Assembly: GCA_973895155.1 (NCBI GenBank)
Contig: OZ316898.1
Span: 4,402,480 to 4,466,479 of the forward strand
Reading direction: 5' to 3'
Length of the DNA: 64,000 nucleotides
DNA from: Marsupella aquatica
Taxonomy: Eukaryota > Plantae > Marchantiophyta
Positions 62,624 through 64,000 of the stretch are shown piece after piece. The notes under the pieces were generated by a model, which searched no databases, was not told the DNA's origin, and saw only the letters and a list, made by a program, of their open reading frames with translations. How positions within the stretch are numbered: the first letter of the stretch is position 1; each line of letters opens with the position of its first letter. Made by a program: the position numbers and the translations under genes.

Positions 62624-64000
62624 GGCTACTCAATTTAAGTGCGGAGAAAGAAATAAACAAATGTTAGCTGAGGATATAGTCAAATGGAGTCAAATCCGAT
62701 TGGTCAGCTGTTTAGTGCTGCTGTTGCTATAGCTCCTGCCTCCATCTCTGCAGGTGGGAGCTCAATGGAGAGGTCTGTGAGAAATCATCTGAGTCGAATG
62801 GTAGTTATGGGCCAAGAATCGAAAGAATACTGCTGTAAGGGGATGAAAGTCTCACACGACCTCGCAATGTATTGAGAGGCTTGAGTCTTGTGAAATCAAA
62901 GCCACTTGATCATCTTATCTTTGGTGCTGTTGTTGCAGCTTCAAGCCTGGAATTGAGGGGCCTCATTGAGGAGCTCCGTTGGCCAGGACCCGACTGAATA
63001 GTTGTGCAGTCTCCTGATCCCAAACGATGAGCGGAGAGGCACAAATTCAGCAATCAATCAATCAGTATCTACAAATTGGAATGAATCGAGGGTTGCTACT
63101 GTATTCTTAATAACAACACAAACCAATTACGTACTTGACAAGAATTAACGATGGAATTGCTGCATGGACAAGGAGAGAGCCGATAGCACAATATTGAGAA
63201 GGCAGAAAATGCGATCGTCATTCACACCAGGCTACGAACCCACGAAAGTTTGACAGAGGAAAATTGATTACCGTGAATGGCTCTGAAGAACCCAACCCAA
63301 GGAGAGAATGGATTCTCACCAGTAACAGAATTCCTTGATGAAGGGAGACAGGGAGAGGCTGAGGAAGGTCGCCAACGTCTGAGAGCATCATGCTCTGAGT
63401 AACAGGTGGGCCAGTGACAACATTCTGCACTCGTGTCCTGATGAATTCCGTCGATGAAGAGATTCGAAAAGTTAAGGAGCTTCCTTTCCACCACTCATAG
63501 GGGAATCTTTCCGATTTCAAAAAAGGGGTTTTCCTTCATATCTTTTCTGCTCGTTCTCCTGTAGTACAAGAGATCTCCTCTCTTCCTCTCTATTGAGGAC
63601 TTGAGCTTTCAGCATAGAATGTCAGTGTCAATAAACCACAACACATCTACCCAATCAGTGACAACCTGGGGGCTTAGGGAGATGAGTCGTGATGCCTGTG
63701 ATTTGCAAAGTGTTTGTTTGATGGACCCCAAAATGAAAGGTGGTACTTGATGGGACCGCTGAGGAAATTTGAGTATGTTATTTAAGGTCTATCAACTGGA
63801 TCACTCAGGAATCTCATCAAGTAACATTTTTCATTTGAGAGGTCCATCAACTATCAACCTCGGTTTGCACTACATATCACCCCTTCCCTACCCCCCTCTC
63901 CCACTTCAGTATGCTACACCCCTGTACTCCTGTTCCTTTGCCCAGGTTAGGTATAGGGTAATGCAGGTCTGGGCGCAGGGTTACTAGGCTGTAACCCTGC

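Noticed and set aside
62900-63560. Separate gene from the 90-100 aa minus-strand ORFs
   Set aside because: Non-ATG starts and no domain; more likely 5' leader exons and uORFs of the DUF3082-like gene

Overview
Eukaryotic nuclear DNA from a land plant. Spliced plant-type genes with long, intron-containing leaders suggest a non-seed plant such as a liverwort (inference). Host genes reconstructed exon by exon: HRD1-type RING E3 ligase (+, 9753-15234); F-box/SEL1-repeat protein (-, 16230-19042); STP hexose transporter with a GC-AG first intron (-, 27649-30181); GT37 fucosyltransferase (+, 57094-59163); plastid DUF3082-like protein (-, 60591-62623). There is also an intronless small secreted 6-Cys protein (-, 6000-6398) whose promoter and leader are duplicated about 4.3 kb away beside a decayed copy. 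The region ~38-55 kb is a nest of mobile DNA. A decayed MULE-type DDE/SWIM transposase (-) faces two convergent decayed genes, one with an RPA70 C-terminal-like zinc-OB fold and one with a C2H2-like finger. A very young Ty1/copia element (42777-49252, TSD GTTGG, single in-frame TGA at the gag/pol junction) sits between them, and an LTR-like insert lies in a transposase intron. Also present: a tRNA-type SINE with a 17-bp TSD, a PIF/Harbinger remnant, a perfect 30-bp intronic hairpin and several local duplications. All family assignments come from motif recognition by eye; no database searches were run.
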